Shown here in pieces: positions 19,277-30,400 of a stretch of 64,000 nucleotides of DNA (positions within the stretch are counted from its first letter, which is position 1; the number at the start of each line of letters is the position of its first letter). The notes beneath the pieces were generated by a model. That model was not told where the DNA came from and made no database searches. It saw nothing but the letters and a program-made list of their open reading frames with translations. The position numbers were made by a program, and so were the translations under genes. Origin of the DNA: an uncultured Verrucomicrobiae bacterium (lineage in GTDB: Bacteria > Verrucomicrobiota > Verrucomicrobiia > Chthoniobacterales > UBA10450); NCBI GenBank assembly GCA_963726745.1, contig CAVSDR010000006.1, positions 480,001 to 544,000 on the forward strand. The letters are read 5' to 3'.

Positions 19277-20084
19277 GTGACCGCCACTGCCGCGACTGCC
19301 TTCCCCATCCTCGCGGCCGCGGAGCGCGAAGCGCTTCCGCTGGTGGTTTCGCTGCACGACGTGGCCCCGGCGACGCAGCCCGCGTGCGAGAAAATGCTGG
19401 CTGACCTCGCACGCTGCGGCGTGCGCGTGACCTCGCTCCTGGTCGTGCCCGATTACCATCATCGCGGAAAGGCGACCGCCGATCGCGATTTCCTCCAATG
19501 GCTGCGCGACCTCGAGGCCGCCGGGCACGAGATCGTGATTCACGGCTATTTCCATCAGCGCCCACGCGCGGCCCACGAGTCGTTAGGCGACAAGTTCATC
19601 ACCCGCGCCTACACCAGCGACGAGGGCGAGTTTTACGATCTCGACTACGAGGAAGCCTTCGCCCGGATCACGCGGGCGCGGGAGGAATTCACAGCAGGCC
19701 GGGCTGCAGCCGCGCGGCTTCATCGCCCCGGCCTGGCTCTTGAGCGCGGCGGGCGAGCGCGCGGCGCGCGATGCGGAAATGGAATACACCACCCGCCTAA
19801 CGAACGTGCGCGATCTTCGCCGCGGGGCGACCTACCCGTCGCGCTCGCTGGTCTACAGCGTGCGCAGCGCCTGGCGGCGCGCGGCCAGCCTGCTCTGGAA
19901 CGGCGCGCTCGCCCGTGCCTTGCAGGCTGCCCCGCTCCTCCGCCTGGGCCTGCATCCGCCGGACTATGAGCACCCCGAGATCTGGGCGCAGGTGCTGCGA
20001 CTGGCGGGACGCTTCGCGGAAGCACGCAGGCCCACGACCTACTGCGATTGGATTGCGGAGCAACGCCGGATGGCGCCCCGATGA
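19277..20084 (+). CDS. DUF2334 / polysaccharide deacetylase-like protein; frameshift near 19700
   Basis: VSLHDVAP, HEIVIHGYFH, EGEF; after the shift GFIAPAWLLS..LRLGLHPPD. Confidence 0.78.
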
Positions 20085-22492
20085 GCCGCTGCGACCTGCA
20101 CCTTCACTCCCGCTCGAGCGATCGCTCGGAGGAATGGCTCTTTCGCCGCTTCGATTTTCCCGACAGCTACTCGAATCCGCGCGAGCTCTACACCGCGCTC
20201 CGGCATGCCGGGATGGATTTCGTCACCCTGACGGATCACGACACGATCGAGGGCGCGCTCCAGATCGCCGATCTTCCCGGCACGTTCCTGAGCGAGCAGG
20301 TGACGACTTATTTCCCGCAGGACCCCTGCAAGATTCACTTGTTAGTCTGGGGAATCACGGAAGCGCAGCATGCGGAGATCGCGCGGCTGCGGGAGAACAT
20401 CTTCGAGCTGCAGGCTTACCTGCAGGCGGAAAACCTGGCGCACGCCGTGGCTCATCCGCTTTACAGCATCAACGGCAAGCTTCAGGCCTCGCACCTGGAA
20501 CGCTTGATCTTGCTGTTTAAAACTTTCGAGGGGATCAACGGCCTGCGCGACGCGCTCTTGAGCGAGCTCACCCTGGAGATCTTCCGCGGCCTAACGAAAG
20601 CAAAGATCGAGGAGCTGGCCGAGCGCCATCAGCTGGCGCCGACGCACGCCGAGCCGTGGAAGAAAGTGCTCGTGGGCGGCTCGGACGACCACGGCGGAAT
20701 GTTTCTTGCGCATGCCTACACCGAGACGCCGCCCGCAGCCGCGCCGGCGGAGTTCCTCGAACATCTGCGCGCGGGCCGATGCGAGGCGCGCGGCGAAGGC
20801 GGTACGCCGCTGGCGCTTTCGCACGGCTTTTACAACACGCTCTATTGCTTCATCCAGGATCACTTCGAGGAGCGCCTGGGCGCGGGCGCGCCGCTCGTGC
20901 AGGGAATGTTTTCGCGCTTCATGGAAGGGCGCGACCCGACCGAATTTTCCCTGCGCGAGAAGGCCAACTTCGTCGCCCAGGGCGTGCTCTCCGGGAAAAT
21001 CTTCGACCTCGCCAAGCCGGGGAACGTTTCCCTGTGGAAAGAACTTTCCGGCTATTTCGCGAAGCCGGAAATGAAGGCGCTCCTGGCGGAGGAAATGGAA
21101 GGCGAAACCTCGCCCGAGCGCCGGACTTTCCTGATGGCGAACATGGTCAGCGAGCAGCTCGCGTTTCGCTTCTTCGAGCAGTTCGTGCGCAAGCTGAACG
21201 CGGGCGACGTCATCGGGAGCATGCAGGCGGTCAGCGGGATCGTGCCCATCCTGATATTGCTTTCGCCCTACATCTACGGCTTCCACAGCCAGGCGCCCTC
21301 GCGCACCTGGCTGCGCGAAGTTTGCCAGCAACTTGCCGGCCGCGTCCCGGCGCAGTTGCAGAACCAAAAGCGCGCCTGGTTTACCGACACTTTGGAAGAC
21401 GTGAACGGCGTCTCCACCACCATCCGCCGGATGACCGCCGCGGCTGCGGAAGCCGGCGAGCAGCTCGTGGTCGTGACCTCGCGCGGCGAGCTCACGGTCG
21501 ACGAGATCCCGATCGCCAATTTCAAGCCGATTGGCGAGTTTGAGCTTCCGGAGTACGAGCTGCAAAAGCTCAGCTTCCCGCCCGTCCTGCAGGTGCTCGA
21601 TTACATCCAGCGCGAGCGTTTCACCGAGATCATCATCAGCACGCCCGGCCCGATGGGGCTGACCGGATTGCTCGCGGCGAAGATGCTCAACCTCCGCACC
21701 AGCGGCATCTACCACACCGATTTTCCGGAATACATCCGCATCCTGACCGAGGACAGCTTCCTGGAAAATCTCGGATGGACTTACATGCGCTGGTTCTACG
21801 GCCAGCAGGACACGGTTTACGTGAACTCCGAGCAGTACCGCCGGAGCTGGCTCGAGAAAGGCATCCCCCCGGAGAAGCTGCAGATTCTCCCACGCGGCCT
21901 CGACCTCGCGCTCTTCGATCCGAAACGACGCGACGCGAAATTTTGGCAGCGCTTTGAGCGCACCGCCTTGCCTAACGAGACCGTGCGCCTGCTCTACGTC
22001 GGCCGAATTTCGCGCGAGAAAGATCTCGACGTCCTGGTCGCGGCCTTCCGTCTTTTGGGCGAAACGGCCGCGCCGGTGAGCCTTTGCTTTGTCGGCAATG
22101 GTCCCTACGAAAAGGCGCTGGCCGAGCTGCTTCCGGAAGCGATTTTTACCGGCCGGCTCGCGGGCGAAGAACTCGCGACCGCCTATGCTTCCGCGGATAT
22201 CTTCGTCTTCCCGAGCACCACCGACACCTTCGGGAATGTGATCATCGAAGCGCAGGCCTCCGGGTTGCCGGCGATCGTCTCCGATGTCGGCGGGCCGTGC
22301 GAACTGGTGACGCATGAGCAGGATGGGCTGGTGACGAAAGCGCGCGACGCGGAAGCTTTCGCCGCCGCAATTCGTCGCCTAACGAACAATCCAGGGGAAC
22401 GCGCCGAGCTGGGCGCGCGTGCGCGGGCCAAGGTGCTCGACCGGAGCTGGCCGCACGCCTTCGAAAAATTTTGGGCGGCGACCGCAGTCTAG
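20081..22492 (+). CDS. PHP phosphoesterase domain fused to GT4 glycosyltransferase
   Basis: N-terminus DLHLHS, TLTDHDT, AHP, GGSDDH (PHP); C-terminus DVNGVS, YHTDFPEY, YVGRISREKDL, FPSTTDTFGNVIIEAQASGLP (GT4). Confidence 0.88.
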   Translation: MSRCDLHLHSRSSDRSEEWLFRRFDFPDSYSNPRELYTALRHAGMDFVTLTDHDTIEGALQIADLPGTFLSEQVTTYFPQDPCKIHLLVWGITEAQHAEIARLRENIFELQAYLQAENLAHAVAHPLYSINGKLQASHLERLILLFKTFEGINGLRDALLSELTLEIFRGLTKAKIEELAERHQLAPTHAEPWKKVLVGGSDDHGGMFLAHAYTETPPAAAPAEFLEHLRAGRCEARGEGGTPLALSHGFYNTLYCFIQDHFEERLGAGAPLVQGMFSRFMEGRDPTEFSLREKANFVAQGVLSGKIFDLAKPGNVSLWKELSGYFAKPEMKALLAEEMEGETSPERRTFLMANMVSEQLAFRFFEQFVRKLNAGDVIGSMQAVSGIVPILILLSPYIYGFHSQAPSRTWLREVCQQLAGRVPAQLQNQKRAWFTDTLEDVNGVSTTIRRMTAAAAEAGEQLVVVTSRGELTVDEIPIANFKPIGEFELPEYELQKLSFPPVLQVLDYIQRERFTEIIISTPGPMGLTGLLAAKMLNLRTSGIYHTDFPEYIRILTEDSFLENLGWTYMRWFYGQQDTVYVNSEQYRRSWLEKGIPPEKLQILPRGLDLALFDPKRRDAKFWQRFERTALPNETVRLLYVGRISREKDLDVLVAAFRLLGETAAPVSLCFVGNGPYEKALAELLPEAIFTGRLAGEELATAYASADIFVFPSTTDTFGNVIIEAQASGLPAIVSDVGGPCELVTHEQDGLVTKARDAEAFAAAIRRLTNNPGERAELGARARAKVLDRSWPHAFEKFWAATAV

Positions 22493-22550
22493 GCGGCGCG
22501 CGAAGTTATTGTGCCGGACGTGCTTGCGAACCGTGTCGGCGATAAAAAAT

Positions 22551-23342
22551 ATGCGCGTAGGGGTTGCCTGTTTTCTCTGCTGCCTGGCCGTCCTCCCGGT
22601 CCGAGCGGATGAAGCCGTGCGCCAGGTGCAGGAGGAATTGCGCCGGCGGAACCTCTACTTTGGCGACATCGATGGGCAGGATTCGCCGAATGTGGCCAAC
22701 GCGCTCAAGCGTTACCAGGCGCGAAAAGGCTTCGCGGCCACCGGCGCGCTCGATGCCGAGACCGCACGCTCGCTCGATCTCGAGGTGGAACGCGTCCTCC
22801 CGGTGGCCGCAGCCGTCCTGCCGGACGTGCCGGTGCTGAAAAGCGACAACGCGCGCGCCTTGCCGGAACCCGAGCAGCAACTCCTGGCCGCGCAGGCCGA
22901 GGCCGCGCTCGATGCCTCGCCCAGCCCGGCGCCGCCGGCGGAGGAACCACCGCCGTTGGAAAATGTGAGCGCCGAGCAAATGCAGAGTTATGTGCGCCAG
23001 TATCTGCGCGACAGCGAAAGCGATGACCTCGCGGCGCAGGTGAAATACTTTGCCTACCCGGTGGAATACTTCGACCACGGCGCGGTCGCGGCGGAATTCG
23101 TCGAGCGGGATGTGCGCCGCTACCTGCAGCGCTGGCCGCGACGGAAATACGAGTTGCTGACGCCGCCGACGCTGACCATGGCCGGCCGGACAGGCGAAAC
23201 CGCGGTGCGGTTTACCCTGCGCTTCGAAGTGGAAGGCAACGGCCGCCGGGCGGCGGGGCGCACGGAAAACTTCTGGATCGTGCGCCCGGAAGGAAACGGG
23301 CTGCGGATCGTAGCCATACGGGAACGGCGCCTGCGCGAATAA
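22551..23342 (+). CDS. Secreted peptidoglycan-binding-domain protein with C-terminal NTF2-like domain
   Basis: Signal peptide, VRQVQEELRRRNLYFGDIDG..ALKRYQARKGFAATGALD (PG_binding_1), Pro-rich linker. Confidence 0.75.
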   Translation: MRVGVACFLCCLAVLPVRADEAVRQVQEELRRRNLYFGDIDGQDSPNVANALKRYQARKGFAATGALDAETARSLDLEVERVLPVAAAVLPDVPVLKSDNARALPEPEQQLLAAQAEAALDASPSPAPPAEEPPPLENVSAEQMQSYVRQYLRDSESDDLAAQVKYFAYPVEYFDHGAVAAEFVERDVRRYLQRWPRRKYELLTPPTLTMAGRTGETAVRFTLRFEVEGNGRRAAGRTENFWIVRPEGNGLRIVAIRERRLRE

Positions 23343-23411
23343 TCCGCGCGCGCCGCCGTCTATCCTGCCTCGCACGGGAGCGAGTGGTCTGGGCGAAAGG
23401 GAGGGCAAGCA

Positions 23412-25604
23412 ATGAAAGTTCAGACCAAAATCAGCCTGCTCTTGGTCGCAGTCGTGGCGACTTTCCTCAGCGGGCTGTTTGCGCTCCGCGCTTACGAGGG
23501 CTTCAAGTTCCGCCACATCGCCGAGGAACGCTTCCGCGAGCGCAACGTCTCCTTCGACGAATTCCTGCAATACCACGGGCAGCCGCTCGAGACGCTCGCG
23601 CGCGACTTCACCACTTGGGACCAAATGGTCGCGGCGATCGCCAGCGGCGACGCGCCCTGGTTTCGCGATAATCTCAGCAGCGCAGTCCTCGAAAGCTTCC
23701 ACGCAAACGCCGCCTGGGTCCTCGGGCCCGAGGGCGCGCCGGTCTTCGCGCTCAACAACCTCAACGCCGGCGAGACGCTCGAAGCTCTCGGCCTGCCGCG
23801 CGCGGCGCTCGGGCAAATCTTCGCCTCGGCAAAGCTGGTGCACTTTTTTCTGGAGACGCCGCAGGGTTTGCTCGAGCTGCGCGGCGGCTCGATTCACCCC
23901 TCGCGCGACGCCGCGCGGGAAACGCCGGCGCGCGGCTATTTTTTTGCCGGCCGCCTCTGGAGCCAGCCCGCGCTGCGGGAGATGTCGCTCTTCACCGGGA
24001 ACGAGGTCACGCTCGTCCGGCCGGCGCCGCGCGTGGGCGCAAATTCCAATAACGAGCGCAATGGCTTGATCGCCTTTTCGCGCGTGCTCCGCGGATGGGA
24101 CGGGCAGCCGCTGGCCGAGCTCGTGGTCCGGAACGAATCGCCCATTGTCCGCGCGCTCAATCGCTCGAGCGAACGCCTGCTCGCGGCGCTCGTCGGCTTC
24201 TCCGTGGCCTTGCTCTTCCTGCTCGCGCTCGCGCTCGTCCTTTGGGTCAGCCGGCCGCTCCGGCGCACCATGGAAAGCCTGCAGCGGAACGATCCCCGGC
24301 CGATCGCGCGCCTGGCGGGGCAACGCTCGGAATTCGGCGCGCTCGCGCGCACGATCCAGAAATTCTTCGAGCAGCGCGATAATCTCGTGCGCGAAATGGA
24401 GGAGCGCCGCGCGGCTGAAGAGGCGCTGCGCCAAAGCGAAGAGGAGCGGCGCCATGCGCAAAAGATGGAAGCGATCGGGCGCCTGGCCGGGGGAGTGGCG
24501 CACGATTTCAACAACTTGCTGACCGCGATCATCGGCTACGCCGAGCTGGTGCGCGGCCGCTCCGGGCACGATCCAGTCGTTAGGCAGCACGCTGATCTGA
24601 TCCTGAAGGCGGGCGAGCAGGCCGCGGGCGTGACCCGGCAATTGCTCGCCTTTAGCCGCAAGCAAATCCTCCAGCCGCGCGTGATCGACCTGAACCAGCT
24701 CGTGCGCGAAATGGAGAAGCTCCTCCGGCGGGTGATCGGCGAACGCTTCGAACTGCGCACCGAGACGGCGGCTTGCGAAGGCCGGGTGTTGGCCGACCCG
24801 ACGCAGCTCGGGCAAGTCCTGATGAACCTGGGGGTGAACGCGCGCGACGCCATGGGCGACGCCGGTTGCATCACCATTCGCACGGCCAATGTGCGGCTGG
24901 ATGCGGCCGCCGCGCGCGCCATTTCCAAGTCTCTCGCCGCGGGCGACTACGTGGAATTTTCCGTAGCCGATAGCGGTGCGGGAATGGACGCGGAAACGCG
25001 CGCGCACCTCTTCGAGCCGTTCTTTACCACCAAGGGCCCGGGCAAAGGAACCGGCCTGGGCCTGGCCACGGTCTACGGCATCGTGCGGCAAAGCGGCGGC
25101 GGAATCACGGTCGAGAGTGCGCCGGGCGCAGGCAGCACTTTCCGCGTTTTCCTCCCGCAAGAGAGCGCCCCGGTCGAGGAAACGCGCGCCCTCACACCCT
25201 CCTCCCAGCGCGGGCAGCACTTCGAAACCATCCTCGTGGCCGAGGACGAAGAGATCGTGCGCGAGCTCGTCTGCGCGGTCTTGGAAGAGGAAGGCTACAC
25301 CGTGCTGTGCGCGCCCGATGCGGCCGGGGCGCTGCGCGCCGCGCGCGCCTATGAAGGCAAGATCAGCCTGCTCGTCACCGATGTCATCATGCCGCAGACG
25401 AACGGCCCGGAGCTGGCCGCGCTCCTCGCCGCGGAACGCCCGGAAATGAAAGTGCTGTTTGTTAGCGGTTACTCCGATACCGAGTTCGCGCACGACCAGA
25501 CACTCGAGGAGCGCACGGAACTGTTACAAAAGCCTTTCACGCCCGAAACCCTGGCGCGCAAAGTGCGCGAAGTGATCGAAGAGCACCAGCATGTCGCTGT
25601 CTAA
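23412..25604 (+). CDS. Hybrid sensor histidine kinase/receiver with CHASE4-like periplasmic domain
   Basis: Two TM helices, [21 protein letters not shown] (H-box), [18 protein letters not shown], receiver [11 protein letters not shown]. Confidence 0.92.
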   Translation: MKVQTKISLLLVAVVATFLSGLFALRAYEGFKFRHIAEERFRERNVSFDEFLQYHGQPLETLARDFTTWDQMVAAIASGDAPWFRDNLSSAVLESFHANAAWVLGPEGAPVFALNNLNAGETLEALGLPRAALGQIFASAKLVHFFLETPQGLLELRGGSIHPSRDAARETPARGYFFAGRLWSQPALREMSLFTGNEVTLVRPAPRVGANSNNERNGLIAFSRVLRGWDGQPLAELVVRNESPIVRALNRSSERLLAALVGFSVALLFLLALALVLWVSRPLRRTMESLQRNDPRPIARLAGQRSEFGALARTIQKFFEQRDNLVREMEERRAAEEALRQSEEERRHAQKMEAIGRLAGGVAHDFNNLLTAIIGYAELVRGRSGHDPVVRQHADLILKAGEQAAGVTRQLLAFSRKQILQPRVIDLNQLVREMEKLLRRVIGERFELRTETAACEGRVLADPTQLGQVLMNLGVNARDAMGDAGCITIRTANVRLDAAAARAISKSLAAGDYVEFSVADSGAGMDAETRAHLFEPFFTTKGPGKGTGLGLATVYGIVRQSGGGITVESAPGAGSTFRVFLPQESAPVEETRALTPSSQRGQHFETILVAEDEEIVRELVCAVLEEEGYTVLCAPDAAGALRAARAYEGKISLLVTDVIMPQTNGPELAALLAAERPEMKVLFVSGYSDTEFAHDQTLEERTELLQKPFTPETLARKVREVIEEHQHVAV

Positions 25605-25971
25605 ATTCTCCGGCCTCACGCTGGCCGCGCTCCTTCTGGCCGGCTGCTCCCGGCGTCCCGAAGCCGCGGCGCCGAGCGCGCCCGTGCGCCGGGTGCTCGT
25701 CTCCTGGTATGAGGTGCCGGAGGACTCCCTGGCGCACCACCGGGCCGAGCCACACGAATTCACCGCGGCCCACAATCGCCTGCCGCTGGGGACGCGCGTG
25801 CGCCTGCGAAATCCAGAGAACGACAAGAGCGTGACCGTGCGCATCACCGACCGGGGCATCCACAACCGGCGGGTCGAGCTCGACCTTTGCAAGGAAGCCG
25901 CGACTGAGCTGGACGTGGTGCACGCAGGCCTGGCGCACGTGGAAATGCAGGAGCTGCCGGCGGAAAAATAG
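25591..25971 (+). CDS. rlpA: RlpA-like lipoprotein (DPBB lytic transglycosylase)
   Basis: Lipobox LLAGC; SWY, TAAHNRLPLGTRVRL, VRITDRG, LDL. Confidence 0.8.
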   Translation: MSLSKFSGLTLAALLLAGCSRRPEAAAPSAPVRRVLVSWYEVPEDSLAHHRAEPHEFTAAHNRLPLGTRVRLRNPENDKSVTVRITDRGIHNRRVELDLCKEAATELDVVHAGLAHVEMQELPAEK

Positions 25972-26442
25972 CTAGCGCACGAAGAGCGCGTAGAGCGGCC
26001 CGGCGGGATTAAGCAGCTCGTGCTTGCCCCCGGCGAGGGCGAGCGCGACCTGGAAAATCCAGAGCGCAACCAGCCCGGCGAGGCCGCCGGCGAGCTGGCG
26101 CGGCGTCAGGCGGAAGTTGCCGCCTAACGAGAGCTGGCGGCGCAGGGCGAGCTCGAGCGCGAGCTTGAAGCCGAGGAGCAACCCCGCGAGCGCGACTGGA
26201 AAAGCCAGCCAGTTGAAGTAGAGCGCGCGGCTGAAGTCGCCGGCTAAAAGATGGTGCAGCGCGCGCGTGGTGCCGCAAAAAATGCAGGGCAAACCAGTAA
26301 CCGCGCCGCAGGTGGGCCGCAGCCAACCGAAGCTCGCCGGCGGCAGCGCGCGCAGGAGAAGCGCGCCCACGGCGAGCGTAAACAGCGCGCCCGCCCGCAA
26401 GGCGAGAGAGGTGCGTCCGAGGTTTTCCGGGAGCAGGCGCAT
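25972..26442 (-). CDS. DUF2752-like membrane protein
   Basis: C..TGLPCIFCGTTRA..GDFSRALYFN motif flanked by TM helices. Confidence 0.8.
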   Translation of the reverse strand: MRLLPENLGRTSLALRAGALFTLAVGALLLRALPPASFGWLRPTCGAVTGLPCIFCGTTRALHHLLAGDFSRALYFNWLAFPVALAGLLLGFKLALELALRRQLSLGGNFRLTPRQLAGGLAGLVALWIFQVALALAGGKHELLNPAGPLYALFVR

Positions 26443-27396
26443 TTAGGTTTGCACCGGCGGCGGCTCAAGCGGCGGCGCGGGCTCGGCGACCACGAAACTG
26501 GCCCAGGGATCGAAGTCGGCCCCGAACTGGCGCACAAAGAGCAGCGTGTAGCCGGTGCCGAAAACAAAAATAGGCAGCAAGATGACCGTGCCGAGATACG
26601 GGATGGCCGTCAGGCAGCAGGTCGCGCAAGTCGCCAGGCAAGCGACGAGCATCATCGCCAGGCTCAAGACCCAGGAGAACAGCAGGTAAAGCAGGACCGG
26701 CCCAGGTTCCGCGGCGATTGCGCCTAACGAGGCGCGGAAGGCTGCGCTCGCGCCGCAACGCCGCCGATACATGATGGGCTGCATGAAAGCGGCCAGGAGG
26801 CTGAGCGCGATCAGGAGCGCGAAGAGCACCCCGAAAAGCAGGAGCGCGCCCACGACCAGCTCCACGCCTTCCGGCGGCCGCCCATGCAGCGCGGCCGGGA
26901 GCCACAAGGGCGAGCCGGCCACCCCCACGATCACGAGCACGCTCGTAATCACAATCACGAGAAAGCCGAAGTAGCTGTTCCCCTCGCGCCGGAATTCGTG
27001 CCACGGCTCCACGATCGCGGCGCGATTGCGCACGATGCAGTCGATAAAAATGAATTTCCCGCGCGACCCGATCCAGAGACAGAGGAGAGCGATCACGAGC
27101 ACGAGCAGGCCACCGACCGCGATCAACGGAAAGACCCACGCCGGCAGCGCGTCGCCCGCGGTTCCGGCAACCCCGCTTGCGGCCGAGTGATAGCTCGTCT
27201 TCCAATCGCCGCCGCCGGGAATGCGGAAATTAAAGCCGCTGCCACCGCCGCCCGCGAGATGAGAGAGAAAGGCGGCAAAGCCGATCACGAACCATTTCCG
27301 GAGGTCGAAAGGTTCGAGGAGGATGCGCTTGGTCAGCTCAAGCGCGGCATTGAAAGGCGCGAAGATTTCGATCCGGCGCTCGGGGCTTCCATTCAT
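26443..27396 (-). CDS. Multi-pass membrane protein of unknown function
   Basis: Several hydrophobic helices; PFDLRKWFVIGFAAFL; Cys-rich CLATCATCC. Confidence 0.7.
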   Translation of the reverse strand: MNGSPERRIEIFAPFNAALELTKRILLEPFDLRKWFVIGFAAFLSHLAGGGGSGFNFRIPGGGDWKTSYHSAASGVAGTAGDALPAWVFPLIAVGGLLVLVIALLCLWIGSRGKFIFIDCIVRNRAAIVEPWHEFRREGNSYFGFLVIVITSVLVIVGVAGSPLWLPAALHGRPPEGVELVVGALLLFGVLFALLIALSLLAAFMQPIMYRRRCGASAAFRASLGAIAAEPGPVLLYLLFSWVLSLAMMLVACLATCATCCLTAIPYLGTVILLPIFVFGTGYTLLFVRQFGADFDPWASFVVAEPAPPLEPPPVQT

Positions 27397-27499
27397 GCGC
27401 GGCATTTCAGCGGCGCTCCGCGTGCGGCGCAAGCTTTTCGCGGGTGGCCGCCGCGGGATTGATTTTTTCCGCGCCGTCCCGTAAAAATCGCGCCCAGCT

Positions 27500-30400
27500 G
27501 TGGCGCGCTTTTCTCGATCTCGTTGGCTCCTCCTCGCGGGCGCATTGCTTGTTCTGCTCTCCGCGGCTGCGCAGGCCTACGTCCTCCTGCCGTATCGCTG
27601 GGCCGACGGGACGCAGATTCAAATGCACCTCGCGCTCACGCGTTCCTCGGGTCCGCTGCAGGATGGGAGCGTCTCCTGGAATGCCTCCGCCGCGGATGCG
27701 CTCGCCCTTTGGAATCAAAACCTCGGCCAGGTGCGCCTGGTCGATGCCGGGCCGGCCAGCGCCGCGGCCAATGACGGGGCCAACACGGTCGCCTTCGCGA
27801 GCACGGTCTACGGCCAAAGCTGGGGCGGAAACACCCTCGCAGTGACCTTGAATTACTCTCCCAGTGGCGCCTTTTTCACCGAGACCGATGTGCTCTTCAA
27901 TAGCGCGCGCAACTGGGATTCCTACCGCGGCGACCTGCAGGGTTCCGGCCCCGGCGGGACCTACGATCTCCACCGCGTAGCCTTGCATGAATTTGGCCAC
28001 GTCCTCGGCCTGGATCATCCGGATGAACATGGCCAGCCCGGCCGGGTGGCGATGATGAACTCGATCATCAGCAATCTCGATCACCTGGCCGATGACGACC
28101 TCGCCGGCGCGCGCGCGCTTTATGCCGCGGTCATCACCAGCACCCTCAGCTCGCAAACGGTGCGCAGCGGCGACGCATTTGCCTACCAGATCCGGGCGAA
28201 CAACTCGCCCACAAGCTTCCGCGCGGAGGGTCTGCCCCCGGGGATGCAGGTCGACCCGGCCAGCGGCTTGATCAGCGGCCGCTGCCCGACAAGCGGCCTT
28301 TTCACCGTCGACCTCACGGCCGAGAATGCCAGCGGCGGGACGGCTACCGGGCGTTTCCTGCTGCAAGTCCTCCCCTACCCCCTAACGAGTGCCAGCCGGC
28401 CCGCGCCCACGCTCCTCGGCAGCGCGTTTGCCTACCAGATCACCGCGCCGAATAACCCCACCAGCTTCAGCAGCAGCGCGCTTCCCGAGGGCCTCGCGCT
28501 CGACCCGGCCACGGGCCGGATCAGTGGCACCGCGACGATGGCGGGCACGTTCACCGTCCAGGTAATCGCGCGCAGCGCGACCTCGGAAGCGAGCGGCTCG
28601 ATTGTGATCGAGATCTCGCCGCCACGCATCACCAGCCCGGCCACGATTCCAGCGATCGAGATCAACCAAACCTTCAGCTACCAGGTGATGGCGACGCATT
28701 CACCGACCGCATTCAGCGCCACCGGATTGCCGCCCGGCTTCCAGATCGATCCCGCCACGGGCTGGATCACCGGCACCGCCACGAACCCGGGAAACTACAG
28801 CGTGACTCTGCGCGCGGAGACGGCCTACGGCCCGGCGACCTTGCAGCTTTCGCTCGTGATTCTGGTCGGGCGGATCAACAGCGAACTTAACCCGGCGGGG
28901 CAGCCGATCGGCAGCGCTTTCACTTACCAGATCACGGCGACCAATCGCCCGACCGCCTTCCGCGCGCAGCCGCTCCCCTCCGGGTTGCAGCTCGATCCTG
29001 CGACCGGAAAAATCTCCGGCGTGCTCACCTTGAGCGGGACTTTTTCGGTCACGCTCACGGCGCAGGGAAGCGCAGGCGACGTCAACGCGCTCTTGCGGAT
29101 CACCGTTTTCCCGGCGGCTTCGGTGATCCCGTCGACCGTGCCGGAGTTTGAGCTCCCGCAGGTGTTCACGCTCATGGCTGATCCCGTGCGCCCGCGACTT
29201 TACCTCGCCTGTGCGAGCGGGATCGCGGTGGTCGATTCCTTTACCTACGGGCAAATCAAGTTGCTGCCTATGTCCGAAAGGCCGCCGGCGCTCGACCTCT
29301 CGCCGGACGGGACGCGGCTCTACGCGACCGCGGGTTCGCAAGGCGTGATCAAAGTGGTGGACTTGCAGACGCTCGAGTTTCTCCCGGATGTCCCCGTTCC
29401 CGGCCGGAATCTGTGGCAACTGCGCGCGGGCGCGGATGGGATGCTCTACGTGATCGACTACGGCGACACCAGCGCGGTCCTCCAGATCGACCCGGCGAAC
29501 GGCGCCATCGTCGGCGCCCTCCGGCCCAACCCTCCGGGCGCACCGACACCGATCGACACGCTCGTGCTCAGCCCTGATCGGCGGAACCTTTTCGTGGCCG
29601 AGCTCTACCGCAGCACCGGAACTCTCGCGCGCTACGCGCTCAATCCCGGCGTCGCCCCGGAGTTGGGGCAAAAAATAGCCAGCAACATCAATATCCAAAA
29701 GCTCTCGGTCACGGCCGATGGACGCGCGCTGGCCCTGGTCTTCGATGGCGGCAGCTCCCTGCGTTCGGTCGACAACCTCACCTCGGAGATTGGCCGGTTT
29801 CCGGCGCCGCTCAGTCCGCTCGAAATCGCCTTCAGCGCGGACGGGCGGTATGCCGTCCAGAGCTATCGCTCGGATCCGCGGGTGGATCTGTTCGATGCGC
29901 GCTCGGGTGCGCTTGTGCGCAGCGTGGCGCTGCCCGAGGCGCTCTATCCCCCGCCCACGGAAATTTTGCCCGATCTCGCTTTTGACGGGGCAAGCAGCCG
30001 CTTCTTTGTCGTGGCGCCAGGGATTGGAAGCGGCAGCCGCATTTTCGTTTACCAACTCTCCGCCGGGCCGGCTCCGCCCCGTCAACTCCTTAACGTCTCG
30101 ACCCGCCTGCGCACCCAGACCGGGGAAAACGTGCTTATCGGCGGCTTCATCGTCACCGGGCGGGCGCCCAAGCGCGTCGTCCTGCGCGCGATCGGGCCGT
30201 CGTTCGCGCTCGCAGGAAAATTAGCCGACCCGACGCTGGAACTGCACGGGCCCGACGGCTTGCTCGCGACCAACGATAACTGGAACGAACATCGCCAGGA
30301 AATCCTGCTCACGACCGTCCCGCCGACAAATGAGCGCGAGGCGGCGATCGTGGCCACGCTCGACCCGGGCGCTTACACCGCAATCGTACGCGGCTTGGGT

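Noticed and set aside
22506..25493. 995-aa minus-strand ORF and similar long antisense ORFs (20591..22315, 34900..36816, 39679..40980)
   Set aside because: They shadow well-supported genes on the other strand and have no recognisable motifs; such ORFs are expected at high GC.
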